Positions 27,956 to 37,222 of a stretch of DNA of 63,001 nucleotides are shown here, piece after piece; within the stretch, counting starts at the first letter, position 1; every line of letters starts with the position of its first letter. This DNA comes from Minisyncoccia bacterium (GTDB taxonomy: Bacteria > Patescibacteriota > Minisyncoccia > Phycocordibacterales > UBA918): NCBI GenBank assembly GCA_041750655.1, contig JBGSYZ010000012.1:1-63001 (forward strand), given 5' to 3'. The notes under the pieces are model-generated. The model saw only the letters and a list, made by a program, of their open reading frames with translations, was not told the origin of the DNA and did no database searches. A program made the position numbers and the translations under genes.

Positions 27956-29695
27956 ATGAGTTCCTTGGAGGAAGTACAGAATAAAGTTATTGAACGTGGT
28001 GAAAAACCTCAGAAAGACCCGATGGGTCATCTTTATGTAGAGGAAATGCTTCGCAATGCCGACTTCCAAGGAGACATCTCCACCAACAAAGAAGACTTGG
28101 AGGCTTTTAGCACCGACGAAAGTATTTTTTCTGTCCGTCCGCAAATCGTTATTGCTCCAAAAACTAAAAAAGATTTAGAAATAGCGGTGAAGGTTATCGA
28201 CGTGCATACTGCCACCTTTCCTACTCTTTCCTTGACCCCTCGGGCCGCTGGTACCGGACTTTCTGGGGGTTCACTGACTGACTCTATTGTTGTAGATGTA
28301 AAAAAATATTTAAACAACGTTGGTGAATACAATGAAAAAGACGGAACCATCACCGTCGGCCCGGGCGTGATGTTTCCGGTGGTAGAAAAAATCCTTAAAA
28401 CTCATGGTCGCTACCTGCCCGCTTTCCCAGCAAGTAAAGACATTTGTGCCATTGGTGGGTGTGTGGGTAACAACTGTGCTGGCCCAGACTCACTGCGTTT
28501 CGGACACTTTGCCGAATCAGTCGCTAGCTTGGAAGTAGTTTTAAAAGACGGCAACACCTACACCCTCAAACCACTTTCCTACAACGGCTATAAAGCGCTT
28601 ATCCAACAAAAAAATGCTCATGCCGAAATCGCTAAAGCGGTCTACGAACTCATTAAAAAAAATGAAAAAGAGCTCCACGACGCTCGCCCCCACACCAAGA
28701 AAAACACGGCAGGCTACGCGCTGTGGGATGTGGTCACTCCATCGATCAAAGAGTTTGAAAAAGGTGAAGGCACGTTTGATCTCACCCGTTTAGTTTCTGG
28801 AAGCCAGGGTACGATTGGTATTCTTTCTAGTATCACTCTCAAAACTGAACCAATCCATGATCATACGGTACTTTTGACGGTGCCGGTGTACCAACTTGAA
28901 AAGGCTGGTGAACTTATTACCCACGTATTGCAATATAATCCCATTAACGTCGAGTTATTTGATGGTGCCAGTATGGATTTGGCTGTCCAAAACCCGTACT
29001 TCTTCCGTGACCGGATTCCTGGCTTTAATTTCTACCGATTTTTACTTTCTCTGTACACCACCTATAATTTTACATACAAGCGCAAGGCTCCAGAGTTTAC
29101 TCTCCTTATCACCATCGATACCGAAGCGACCGAACACTCAGCTAATGAAATCGTAGCCGCCACTAAGAAAGCGACGGGCTTACCAATTCGAATTGTAAAT
29201 GGCACACATAAAAAAGATATGTTCTGGCAAGTTCGAAACGCTAGTTATACCCTTTCAAAACTTCAAGACCTTACTAAACGTCCGGCTGCTTTCCTAGAAG
29301 ACATGACCGTCCCACCTGAAAATATTTCTCCTTTCTTTACCGATATTAAAAAGCTTCTCAAGAAACACAATGTAACAGCCGCTGTTCATGGCCATGGAGG
29401 TAACGGTCACTTACACTTCTATCCGCTGTTGGATTTTACTCAAAATCAGGGTGATAAAGTAGAGGCAATGTCGGAGGACTTCTTTAAAACAGCCATTAAG
29501 TACGGTGGTAATATTTGTGGCGAACATAATGACGGTATAATCCGCACTCCCCAGCTTTCTAAAATCTTTAACAAGAAAACGCTTGATTTATTCAAGGAGC
29601 TTGAACATCTGTTTGATCCTAAAGATATTTTTAACCCCGGCAAGAAAGTTAATCCTCGCTACGATATTAAGAAGTATTTGCGACACACTAATTAA
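27956..29695 (+). CDS. FAD-linked oxidase (GlcD/D-lactate dehydrogenase-like)
   Basis: RAAGTGLSGG, IGG.VGNN..G, SQGT.GI, HGHGGNGHLH, GEHNDG, NPGK. Confidence 0.9.
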   Translation: MSSLEEVQNKVIERGEKPQKDPMGHLYVEEMLRNADFQGDISTNKEDLEAFSTDESIFSVRPQIVIAPKTKKDLEIAVKVIDVHTATFPTLSLTPRAAGTGLSGGSLTDSIVVDVKKYLNNVGEYNEKDGTITVGPGVMFPVVEKILKTHGRYLPAFPASKDICAIGGCVGNNCAGPDSLRFGHFAESVASLEVVLKDGNTYTLKPLSYNGYKALIQQKNAHAEIAKAVYELIKKNEKELHDARPHTKKNTAGYALWDVVTPSIKEFEKGEGTFDLTRLVSGSQGTIGILSSITLKTEPIHDHTVLLTVPVYQLEKAGELITHVLQYNPINVELFDGASMDLAVQNPYFFRDRIPGFNFYRFLLSLYTTYNFTYKRKAPEFTLLITIDTEATEHSANEIVAATKKATGLPIRIVNGTHKKDMFWQVRNASYTLSKLQDLTKRPAAFLEDMTVPPENISPFFTDIKKLLKKHNVTAAVHGHGGNGHLHFYPLLDFTQNQGDKVEAMSEDFFKTAIKYGGNICGEHNDGIIRTPQLSKIFNKKTLDLFKELEHLFDPKDIFNPGKKVNPRYDIKKYLRHTN

Positions 29696-29841
29696 CTCCT
29701 CTTCCCCGCCACTCACTTTTTTGGTATAAATGGCAGGCGTTTTAAAGCTTTTTAATTTTAATACGTAGTAAGCTTACAAACCTTTTTGGAGATTTGTGAG
29801 TATATTGCTTAAACAATATTTTGGTTTTGTATTGCACTCAA

Positions 29842-29922
29842 CTAATAATATTTCCCAAATATTATTAGCCATCGTCTAACGGCTAGGATTGAAACAATAT
29901 GGGATATTGTTTCAAGGTTCTC
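29842..29922 (+). other. 20-nt copy of the tRNA-Glu 5' end between two perfect 12-bp hairpins
   Basis: 29869-29888 is identical to 29996-30015. Confidence 0.85.
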
Positions 29923-29991
29923 CCCTAAAATTTCAATTTTATGGATGAGAAAATTTACTTAGCTATTTACAAATAAATACAAATATATATT

Positions 29992-30063
29992 GGCCCCATC
30001 GTCTAACGGCTAGGACATATGGTTCTCATCCATAAAATCGGAGTTCGATTCTCCGTGGGGTCA
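29992..30063 (+). tRNA. tRNA-Glu (CTC)
   Basis: Cloverleaf: GGCCCCA/TGGGGTC acceptor stem, TATGG-TTCTCAT-CCATA anticodon arm, CGGAG-TTCGATT-CTCCG T arm; CCA not encoded. Confidence 0.95.
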
Positions 30064-31589
30064 CATTCAGAAACTTGGTCAGAAGTAAGCGCAAAATCTG
30101 GGCGCGCCGAAGGCGCGCTGTATGGCGAGGAAATGAAATCCGTCTTGCGGGCGCGGGCGAATTCGGAGGGCGGGCAAAATGAGATCGAAATAGTTTTGTC
30201 TTTCAGCGCGGGGTTCGTTCCAAAAGAACGAAGAAAATCTCGCATCTCATGGAGATTTTCACTGGTTGCCAGAAACCCCGCGCGTTTTGAATCCAAAATC
30301 CATTTCCGCAGGGGTTCGACCCAATTCTTTCTCTCGGCTCGGGCAGATGAAGATTTTGCTTGAAGCGAGCTTTTTTGACGCATGAGCGCGTCCTTTTTCG
30401 TCAGATATATATCGCGCTCAATGTCGTGGTTTAGGTATAAATCAACAAGTGCGTCGAGCTTCGCTTCAAGCATTTTCAAATCTTCCTTCATCTGCCCGAG
30501 CCGATTTCCCGAAGCGTGGATTTCGTCGTGCTCAAAAACTCCAACTTTTTTGAGCATATAATCTGCCCACGCTTCGGGAAGCGACACTGTTTGAAGCTGT
30601 TCTCTAACTTGGAGAGCGAGCGCATCTTCCATTAAATATCTCTGACCACATTTTCCTTTCTTTTTCGTACAACGATAATAACGATAGCGACCACCCATTT
30701 TTCCAGTACACCACTGCGCGGTTATCATACTTCCACACTCCCCACAACGAAAAAGTCCGGTGAAAGGAAAATTGTGAGATATTTTGCTATGCCTCGGATG
30801 CGCTCGCACGAGAAGTTGTTTCTGCACAGCTTCAAACAGTGTCGGAGAAAGAATTGGCGCAAAGCTTCCGGGAAAATACTCCTCACGATGTTTTGTAAAT
30901 CCCAAGTAGGCACGATTAGTCAGTATTCTTTTCACGGAAGCTTTGCCAAGTGGCGTTCCGGACTTTTGAGCAACACCGTGGTCAGCCAAAAATTGCGACA
31001 GTGAAATGAGGGTATGTGTTCCTTTTACATACTCACCAAACGCGCGGACAATAATTTTAGATTTCACCGGATCAGGTTCGATATTGCGCGTGGTGGGGTT
31101 GTTCACATACCCGAATGGAGCGCGGGTTAGCCATTCTCCTCGTCGCAATTTTTGGCGCATACCTCGCTCCACATTTTGCTTCAAATTGTCAGAATAATAT
31201 TTACTTTGTCCGAACGCCACTTGAAGCATAAAGAGCCCCTGCGGTGTTGGTTCAAACCAAAATGTCGGAAAACGCAAAGAGACGATTTTTGAAGTGTCTA
31301 CGGCGTAAATGATGCGTCCTCCGTCAATACTATTTCTCGCTAGTCGGTCAGGATGCCACGCGAGAATACCAACATTGCCTAACTTTTCAATTTTGAGCAT
31401 CATTTCGCCGAACACTTCTCGTCCCGGACTCTTTGCGCTTTTCGACTCTTGAAATTCCTCAAGAATTTCAAGATTTTCTCTGCTCGCAAATTCACGAAGC
31501 TCCACAAGTTGAGCTGGAATACTCATAACTTGTTTATCATCATCTTCGGTGCTCTTGCGAGCGTAGAGAAAATATTTTGGTTTGTTCAT
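30003..31589 (-). CDS. Large serine recombinase (resolvase, recombinase and zinc-ribbon domains)
   Basis: YARKS catalytic motif, DRLARN, CGECG...YYRC..C, coiled coil; C-terminus reads through the antisense tRNA. Confidence 0.93.
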   Translation of the reverse strand: MNKPKYFLYARKSTEDDDKQVMSIPAQLVELREFASRENLEILEEFQESKSAKSPGREVFGEMMLKIEKLGNVGILAWHPDRLARNSIDGGRIIYAVDTSKIVSLRFPTFWFEPTPQGLFMLQVAFGQSKYYSDNLKQNVERGMRQKLRRGEWLTRAPFGYVNNPTTRNIEPDPVKSKIIVRAFGEYVKGTHTLISLSQFLADHGVAQKSGTPLGKASVKRILTNRAYLGFTKHREEYFPGSFAPILSPTLFEAVQKQLLVRAHPRHSKISHNFPFTGLFRCGECGSMITAQWCTGKMGGRYRYYRCTKKKGKCGQRYLMEDALALQVREQLQTVSLPEAWADYMLKKVGVFEHDEIHASGNRLGQMKEDLKMLEAKLDALVDLYLNHDIERDIYLTKKDALMRQKSSLQAKSSSARAERKNWVEPLRKWILDSKRAGFLATSENLHEMRDFLRSFGTNPALKDKTISISFCPPSEFARARKTDFISSPYSAPSARPDFALTSDQVSECDPTENRTPILWMRTICPSR

Positions 31590-31808
31590 AAATAGATTTT
31601 GGATTCAAAAAAGGAAACTATTAAGATCTCATTTCTTGCTTTCCGCCCGCCCTCCGAATTCGCCCGCGCCCGCAAGACGGATTTCATTTCCTCGCCATAC
31701 AGCGCGCCTTCGGCGCGCCCAGATTTTGCGCTTACTTCTGACCAAGTTTCTGAATGTGATCTAATCATATCCTTTGCGCGAACCTTTTTCCAACAGAACT
31801 CTGACTAA
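30061..31808. mobile_element. tRNA-anchored serine-recombinase element bounded by inverted repeats
   Basis: 30061-30175 is the exact reverse complement of 31645-31759; recombinase gene between them. Confidence 0.7.
31599..31808 (+). pseudogene. Inverted duplicate of the recombinase 3' end carrying an alternative C-terminus
   Basis: Encodes PPSEFARARK...QVSECD identical to the recombinase, then LIISFARTFFQQNSD*. Confidence 0.75.
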
Positions 31809-31835
31809 TGATATACTTACCACTCAAATCAGAAC

Positions 31836-32564
31836 ATGAAACTCATATCCCTAAATATTGAAGGTTTTAAACACCTAGACTTAGTCCAACCATTCCTAAA
31901 GAATGAATTAGCTGACACAATTTGTCTCATGGAAGCTCCTCAGAGTTTCCAAAACTGGTTTGTAGCCGAAGGTTATCAATGCACTTTTGCTCCTATGTGT
32001 TTAAAAATTCATAGCGGAGAACCGTACCCTGAAGGAATTTTAGTAGCTACTAAATTGGCTCATACAGCAGAAGTGATTCCATATTTTAAACCCACTACTG
32101 ATATTGTTACCTACGACCACAAAAGAAGACGAGAAACCCAAAATCATTTCGTATTATATTTTGAAACAGACGGTATCAATATAGCCACCACCCACTTTAC
32201 GTGGAATCCGAAGGGTGAAATCGCTGACGAATATCAGACCTTGGACATGAAAGAAATGTTACAGGCTCTAGAGAAAAAACCGGCCCATGTATTGTGTGGC
32301 GATTTGAACATACCACGAAATATTAATACTCTGTACGATGTGTTAAAAAATAAATACCATGACAACATTCCTTATCAATACTATTCTAGTCTAGATAATG
32401 AATTACACCGAAAAGGTAAAGCGCAAGAATTTAAAAAGTTATTTGATAGTTTTATGGTTGACTATTTGTTTACCCAAGAACCATACGAAACGACAGATAC
32501 TAGACTGGTATTTGGTGTGAGTGACCACGCAGCTATAGTGAGTAATGTTAGTAAAAGAAAATAA
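31836..32564 (+). CDS. Endonuclease/exonuclease/phosphatase family protein
   Basis: SLNIEG, CLME, CGDLN, VDYLF, SDHAAI. Confidence 0.88.
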   Translation: MKLISLNIEGFKHLDLVQPFLKNELADTICLMEAPQSFQNWFVAEGYQCTFAPMCLKIHSGEPYPEGILVATKLAHTAEVIPYFKPTTDIVTYDHKRRRETQNHFVLYFETDGINIATTHFTWNPKGEIADEYQTLDMKEMLQALEKKPAHVLCGDLNIPRNINTLYDVLKNKYHDNIPYQYYSSLDNELHRKGKAQEFKKLFDSFMVDYLFTQEPYETTDTRLVFGVSDHAAIVSNVSKRK

Positions 32565-32581
32565 CCTGATATACTGCTTGC

Positions 32582-33109
32582 GTGCAAACATTAAACGATA
32601 CCACCCCAGAAAAAATATCCCTTCAAAACCAAGCTTTTAGAATTGGTATGTTGTGGCGCATAGCCTACGGTAGTTTTCGTGTACTTGTAGGTTTGATGCT
32701 GGTCCAATTCATTCATCAACCGTTTCCTGATTTTCTGCGCACTATTTTTAGAAATGAATTAATAGAAAACCCCAATGATCTTTTTGCTACTCAGTTGTTG
32801 AATTTTTTTAGTCACCATGATTTTACAATAACTTTTTTCTTTGCTTTTTATATAATTTTTTGGGGTGTGATGGATATTTTTCTATCTATCTGTCTACTTA
32901 AACACCAGCATTGGGCGTTTCCATTCAGTTTGTTTTTGATTGCTTCCTTTATGATATATGAAATCTTGCGTTTTCTTCATACTCATTCGATAACTTTGTT
33001 AATTTTACTCACTATTGATAGTGTGGTTTTTTGGTTAATTTATCGAGAATATAAAAATAGATGGCCAATAATCAAGATGCCTTGGAATAGTAAAAAAGTG
33101 TCTGATTAA
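32582..33109 (+). CDS. Membrane protein, DUF2127-like
   Basis: Four hydrophobic segments, WAFP......F..YEI.R; AT-rich. Confidence 0.7.
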   Translation: MQTLNDTTPEKISLQNQAFRIGMLWRIAYGSFRVLVGLMLVQFIHQPFPDFLRTIFRNELIENPNDLFATQLLNFFSHHDFTITFFFAFYIIFWGVMDIFLSICLLKHQHWAFPFSLFLIASFMIYEILRFLHTHSITLLILLTIDSVVFWLIYREYKNRWPIIKMPWNSKKVSD

Positions 33110-33190
33110 TACCTATTAAATTCTATCCTTGCAGTAGCAATGGATACAAGCTATAAAAGAGTAAGAACAGACCTCTCGAAGGAGGACAAA

Positions 33191-33688
33191 ATGTCGTTAG
33201 GCTCGTTGGAAATTGACGAAACTCATCCTATTGATATAGCTGAAGTTCTGGCGGAGTTCCACAATTGGCAATTTAATAGAGTTGATGATGATCAATTAGC
33301 CATGACTATAGAGGATCAGTGGCAAAAGTACTCAATTACTCTTGCTTGGTGTGGTGGAGATGAAACCCTACGTCTAATTTGCACATTTGAACTGGACCCG
33401 CCTGAAGATAGATTGTCTGCTCTTTACCAAACACTAAACCTTACGAACGATTTGGTTTGGTGTGGATCTTTTAGTTTTTGGAATGACCAAAAACTGATGG
33501 TGTGGCGGTATGGACTGTCACTTGCCGGTGTGCAAGTAGCTAGCCAGGCCCAAATTGACAAAATGATTATCGAAGCGGTGGAAAATTCTGAACGATTTTA
33601 TCCTTCGTTTCAACTCGTTTGTTGGGGAGACAACAGTCCAGCACAGGCCATGGATATTGCTATGACTAAGGCGTATGGCCGAGCGTAG
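33191..33688 (+). CDS. YbjN-domain protein of alphaproteobacterial type
   Basis: HPIDI.E.LA....W.F.R..DDQ.AM....QW..YSITLAW...DETLRLICTFE...AYGRA recalled from Rhodobacterales proteins; GGAGGA SD before ATG 33191. Confidence 0.8.
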   Translation: MSLGSLEIDETHPIDIAEVLAEFHNWQFNRVDDDQLAMTIEDQWQKYSITLAWCGGDETLRLICTFELDPPEDRLSALYQTLNLTNDLVWCGSFSFWNDQKLMVWRYGLSLAGVQVASQAQIDKMIIEAVENSERFYPSFQLVCWGDNSPAQAMDIAMTKAYGRA

Positions 33689-33751
33689 AACAACTGGGTC
33701 GCCCTTGCGAAAGCTTGGGCGACCTTTTACTTTAAATTATTTATTTTACTT

Positions 33752-33903
33752 ACCTATTCCCTTGCCTGACGGCATTGGAAATTCCCAGCAAAGCTGGGAT
33801 CGGAAAAATCGCTAAGCAGTTATCTATTGTCCACCTATTCCCTTGCCTGACGGCATTGGGAATTCCCAGCAAAGCTGGGACTGGAAGAATCGCTAAGCAG
33901 TTA
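33752..33903. repeat. Two 71-bp tandem repeats (period 81)
   Basis: 33752-33822 and 33833-33903, 4 mismatches. Confidence 0.92.
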
Positions 33904-35190
33904 GCGATTCTTCCAAGCGTCGGATTGTCGCACTAGTAATTCTCCAGCTTTCTCAGGTTCAGACATTATTTCTTCAACTAATTTCTCCAACCTAATCCCT
34001 TGTGAACCTTTAACCAGAATCATATCGCCAGGGTGAAGCATCTCTTGGAGTTCCTTACCCGCTCGCTCTACCTCTTCATATTGAAAAATAACTTTCTCCG
34101 ACATTCCATGCTCAAGAGCTCCTCTGGCAATACCACGCGCCCGTACTCCCACAGTTATTAGCACATCAGCTGTATGGGCCACTAATTCCCCCATTCGCTC
34201 ATGCTCACGTACTGAGTATTGCCCAAGCTCTAACATATCGCCCAAAACCGCTATGCGTCGCTTTACTCCCTTTAGCTCTTTAAGTGTCTGAAGTGCACGT
34301 TCACACGCCACTGGTGAAGAATTATACGTATCATCAAGTACTGTAGTTTCTTTTATACCAGGAATTAAGCGCATTCGTCCGGCAGGTGGCAAATGATCAC
34401 GTAGTGCACGTGTAGCATCTTCAATTGATATACCAAACAACGAACCAACTGCTGCTGCTGCTGCATAATTATACGCGTGCTGAACACCAAGTGATCCCTG
34501 CACGTACATGAGCGAAGCTGTATCTAGATGAGTTAGAGTAAATTCGAGTGCTTTAGCGTTACCTTTTTCGTAGATTACTTTGTCTGAAGACGCCGTAAAT
34601 TGTGAAAGCGAGTAGCGACTGTAACCAATCGCTTGCTGGTGGATACTTTCTGCAATCCGTCGAACTTTTTCGTCATCCTGGTTATAGACCAAGACTCCTT
34701 CTGGTTTTAGCGCATCAACCAGAACTCTTTTTTCAGCTATTACAGCTTCTGGAGTAGCAAAATATTCTACATGGACAGGCACGTCAGGCAGTCTGGTAAG
34801 AACCACTACATCTGGTTGAATCCAGCTCATAAGTTTCGCCATGTCGCCTGGTCTATCAACCCCCATCTCCAACACTAAGACATCAGGATAATCGCTGGGG
34901 TGGATTGCAGTCAAGAATCCATCAATAATATTTTTTAGCCACAAAATAGGATTATTCCACCCATTAGGTAAACCCAGCACGGACAACGGAACACCAAGTT
35001 CGGAGTTAAAACTTTTTTCACTTTTTCGTACGCGGACATGACCTTTCAGTACCGCATAAATTGCGTCCTTCGTTGAAGTTTTACCAACACTACCAGTGAT
35101 ACCAATAACTTTTGGTTTAGTTCGTTTTAATAGCATTCGTGCTTCCCACGACAAAATAGCAACGACGATATTTTTGAATAGGTTTTTCAT
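33901..35190 (-). CDS. murF: UDP-MurNAc-tripeptide--D-Ala-D-Ala ligase
   Basis: GITGSVGKT, DTYNSSP, LGDMLELG, LVKGSQG; dcw context. Confidence 0.9.
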   Translation of the reverse strand: MKNLFKNIVVAILSWEARMLLKRTKPKVIGITGSVGKTSTKDAIYAVLKGHVRVRKSEKSFNSELGVPLSVLGLPNGWNNPILWLKNIIDGFLTAIHPSDYPDVLVLEMGVDRPGDMAKLMSWIQPDVVVLTRLPDVPVHVEYFATPEAVIAEKRVLVDALKPEGVLVYNQDDEKVRRIAESIHQQAIGYSRYSLSQFTASSDKVIYEKGNAKALEFTLTHLDTASLMYVQGSLGVQHAYNYAAAAAVGSLFGISIEDATRALRDHLPPAGRMRLIPGIKETTVLDDTYNSSPVACERALQTLKELKGVKRRIAVLGDMLELGQYSVREHERMGELVAHTADVLITVGVRARGIARGALEHGMSEKVIFQYEEVERAGKELQEMLHPGDMILVKGSQGIRLEKLVEEIMSEPEKAGELLVRQSDAWKNR

Positions 35191-35196
35191 ACAAGA

Positions 35197-36906
35197 TTAG
35201 CGGTCTGGCGGAACAGAATAATAGTTTACCAAAAACTCAGTTATATCAATAAAAGGGTCGGTCAATGTTTCAGACGCGTAGCGCACCCCTTTAGGTTCTA
35301 CAGTATACAGGAAAACGAGAAATTCTGGGTCATAGGCTGGGAAATAACCAAAAAATGAATGTAAATAACGGTCATCATAGTATCCACCATTGACCCGATC
35401 AGCGATTTGCGCAGTTCCAGTTTTGGCCGCTACTGAGTAATTATCGAGCTTGACGGTCCCTCCCCGCAAGGCGTCATCTACCACAGTAACCAACATCCTG
35501 GATATCTCCTCACTCGTTTTTTCACTAAACACTCGCTCGCCTTCTGGGTATGTTATTGGTTGAACAGTTCCGTCTTCAAAACGAAGTTCTTTTACCAAGT
35601 GCGGTGTGACCAAGGTGCCTCCATTACCTAATGCCGCCAGTGCCCGGGCTGTTTCGATGGGTGTTTGAGCAATTCCTTGTCCGAAAGAAGCAGTGGCGTA
35701 CTCAACATTGCGCGGTGAATCAAGGTTACTGATTAAACCATACACTTCTCCTGGCAAATCAATTCCAGTTTCTGTTCCTAATTTTAATTTTTTAAAGTAG
35801 TTACTAAAATTTTTATTTCCCATTTTATTGACGACAAATGACACTCCAGTATTTAAAGATTGATTGAGTACTTCCTGCATTGACACTGTACCTCTACCCT
35901 TTCCATCGTAATTGCAAATGGCATAGTCTTCGATCTCAATACAACCAGGATCGTAGTAGGTAGTATTAGCGGTAACAGCACCGCTATCAAGACCTGCGGC
36001 CATGGTCAGCGCTTTCATAATAGAACCCATCTCTTGTACATCTTCTACCAGCGGGTTGCGAAAATCCTCAATCGGTACGTCGGTGCGGTCATTGAGATTA
36101 AAGTTTGGGGCGGCTCCCATCGCGTATACTTCTCCGGTTTTAGGATTCATAATAATCCCGGCTGTAAGCTTACTTCCCCATTCTGTCTGCACGTCTTCAA
36201 GACGATTTTGCAGGTACCGGGTGACTGTTGGTTCAATGGTAGTAACAATGTCACCCCGACGGGCTGGAGTATTATCAAACACAATTCCACCTAAGTTGCT
36301 AAACATTTCTGCAAAGAAATTTACTGACAGTCGTTCGTCATTGCGACGAAGAATATCTTCATAGTACCGCTCTAAACCATAGCGCCCAGAAAGATCATCG
36401 CCACTATAGCCCACAAAGCCGATGGTTCTAGCCGCCACATCGTCACCAGGGTAATACCGCCATTGTGTTCGATAAAGCTGTATCCCGGGCAGGTCGAATT
36501 TTGCAATAGCAGTGGCGTCATCTTCTACTACTCTTTGATACAACTCAACGTACACTCGTTCTTTATTTGAGACTTTGTTTATAAAATCATCTTTTTCAAT
36601 ATCTAAAATTGTGCTTATTTTTTCATACGCTTCGCTCGCATTGGTAACGAGTTGTGGATTAGCGGTCAGTACGTACCCTGATTGGACGGTAGCCGCCGAC
36701 ACTAAATCCCCATCTTTGGTAGTAAAGTAAATGCTTCCTCGCGAATATAAATCACGTACCGTATGTACGTACTGAGCTTCTCCTCTGGAAACATAGGTTT
36801 CACCATTGGCAATTTGAATATTGTACAATCGACCAACCAAGACAAGAGCTAGTAGTAATATACCAGCAGAAATTATTCGTATTCTAATGACGGCTCTATC
36901 TCTCAT
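35197..36906 (-). CDS. ftsI: Class B penicillin-binding protein, FtsI-like
   Basis: SxxK (SIMK), SLN, KTGT; follows the ftsL-like gene. Confidence 0.85.
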   Translation of the reverse strand: MRDRAVIRIRIISAGILLLALVLVGRLYNIQIANGETYVSRGEAQYVHTVRDLYSRGSIYFTTKDGDLVSAATVQSGYVLTANPQLVTNASEAYEKISTILDIEKDDFINKVSNKERVYVELYQRVVEDDATAIAKFDLPGIQLYRTQWRYYPGDDVAARTIGFVGYSGDDLSGRYGLERYYEDILRRNDERLSVNFFAEMFSNLGGIVFDNTPARRGDIVTTIEPTVTRYLQNRLEDVQTEWGSKLTAGIIMNPKTGEVYAMGAAPNFNLNDRTDVPIEDFRNPLVEDVQEMGSIMKALTMAAGLDSGAVTANTTYYDPGCIEIEDYAICNYDGKGRGTVSMQEVLNQSLNTGVSFVVNKMGNKNFSNYFKKLKLGTETGIDLPGEVYGLISNLDSPRNVEYATASFGQGIAQTPIETARALAALGNGGTLVTPHLVKELRFEDGTVQPITYPEGERVFSEKTSEEISRMLVTVVDDALRGGTVKLDNYSVAAKTGTAQIADRVNGGYYDDRYLHSFFGYFPAYDPEFLVFLYTVEPKGVRYASETLTDPFIDITEFLVNYYSVPPDR

Positions 36907-37222
36907 TTAAAGTTGTATTAAGTACCAAGCTTGAAGCTTTGCGGTTTATATACACTTTTTTTTCTGCTTTATTATATCCATCTAAAGTAGCCACACTGGC
37001 GCTCAAACTATGTTGGGCCTCAATATAGGAACTTTCTAATGAGGCAATTTTAGAATTAACTTCCTTAATGTTCTGATTAACTTCTTGACGTATTACCACA
37101 TGAATAATCGAGACACTTAAAAAATATAAGTACAAACCAATGAGTGCAAAAAGAACCCCACCCAAAGCAATAATCCAGGTTTCTTTTTTACTTTTTAGTA
37201 ATTTTCTCACTAATATGTTCAT
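36896..37222 (-). CDS. FtsL-like cell division protein
   Basis: TM helix plus coiled coil, located between rsmH and ftsI. Confidence 0.7.
   Translation of the reverse strand: MNILVRKLLKSKKETWIIALGGVLFALIGLYLYFLSVSIIHVVIRQEVNQNIKEVNSKIASLESSYIEAQHSLSASVATLDGYNKAEKKVYINRKASSLVLNTTLNER

Noticed and set aside
30019-30363. 114-aa + strand ORF and its mirror at 31586-31768
   Set aside because: Antisense readings of the recombinase 3' end and inverted repeat; the first starts inside the tRNA.
33752-33903. CRISPR array
   Set aside because: 71-bp units with a 10-bp gap; this is a tandem duplication, not a repeat-spacer array.
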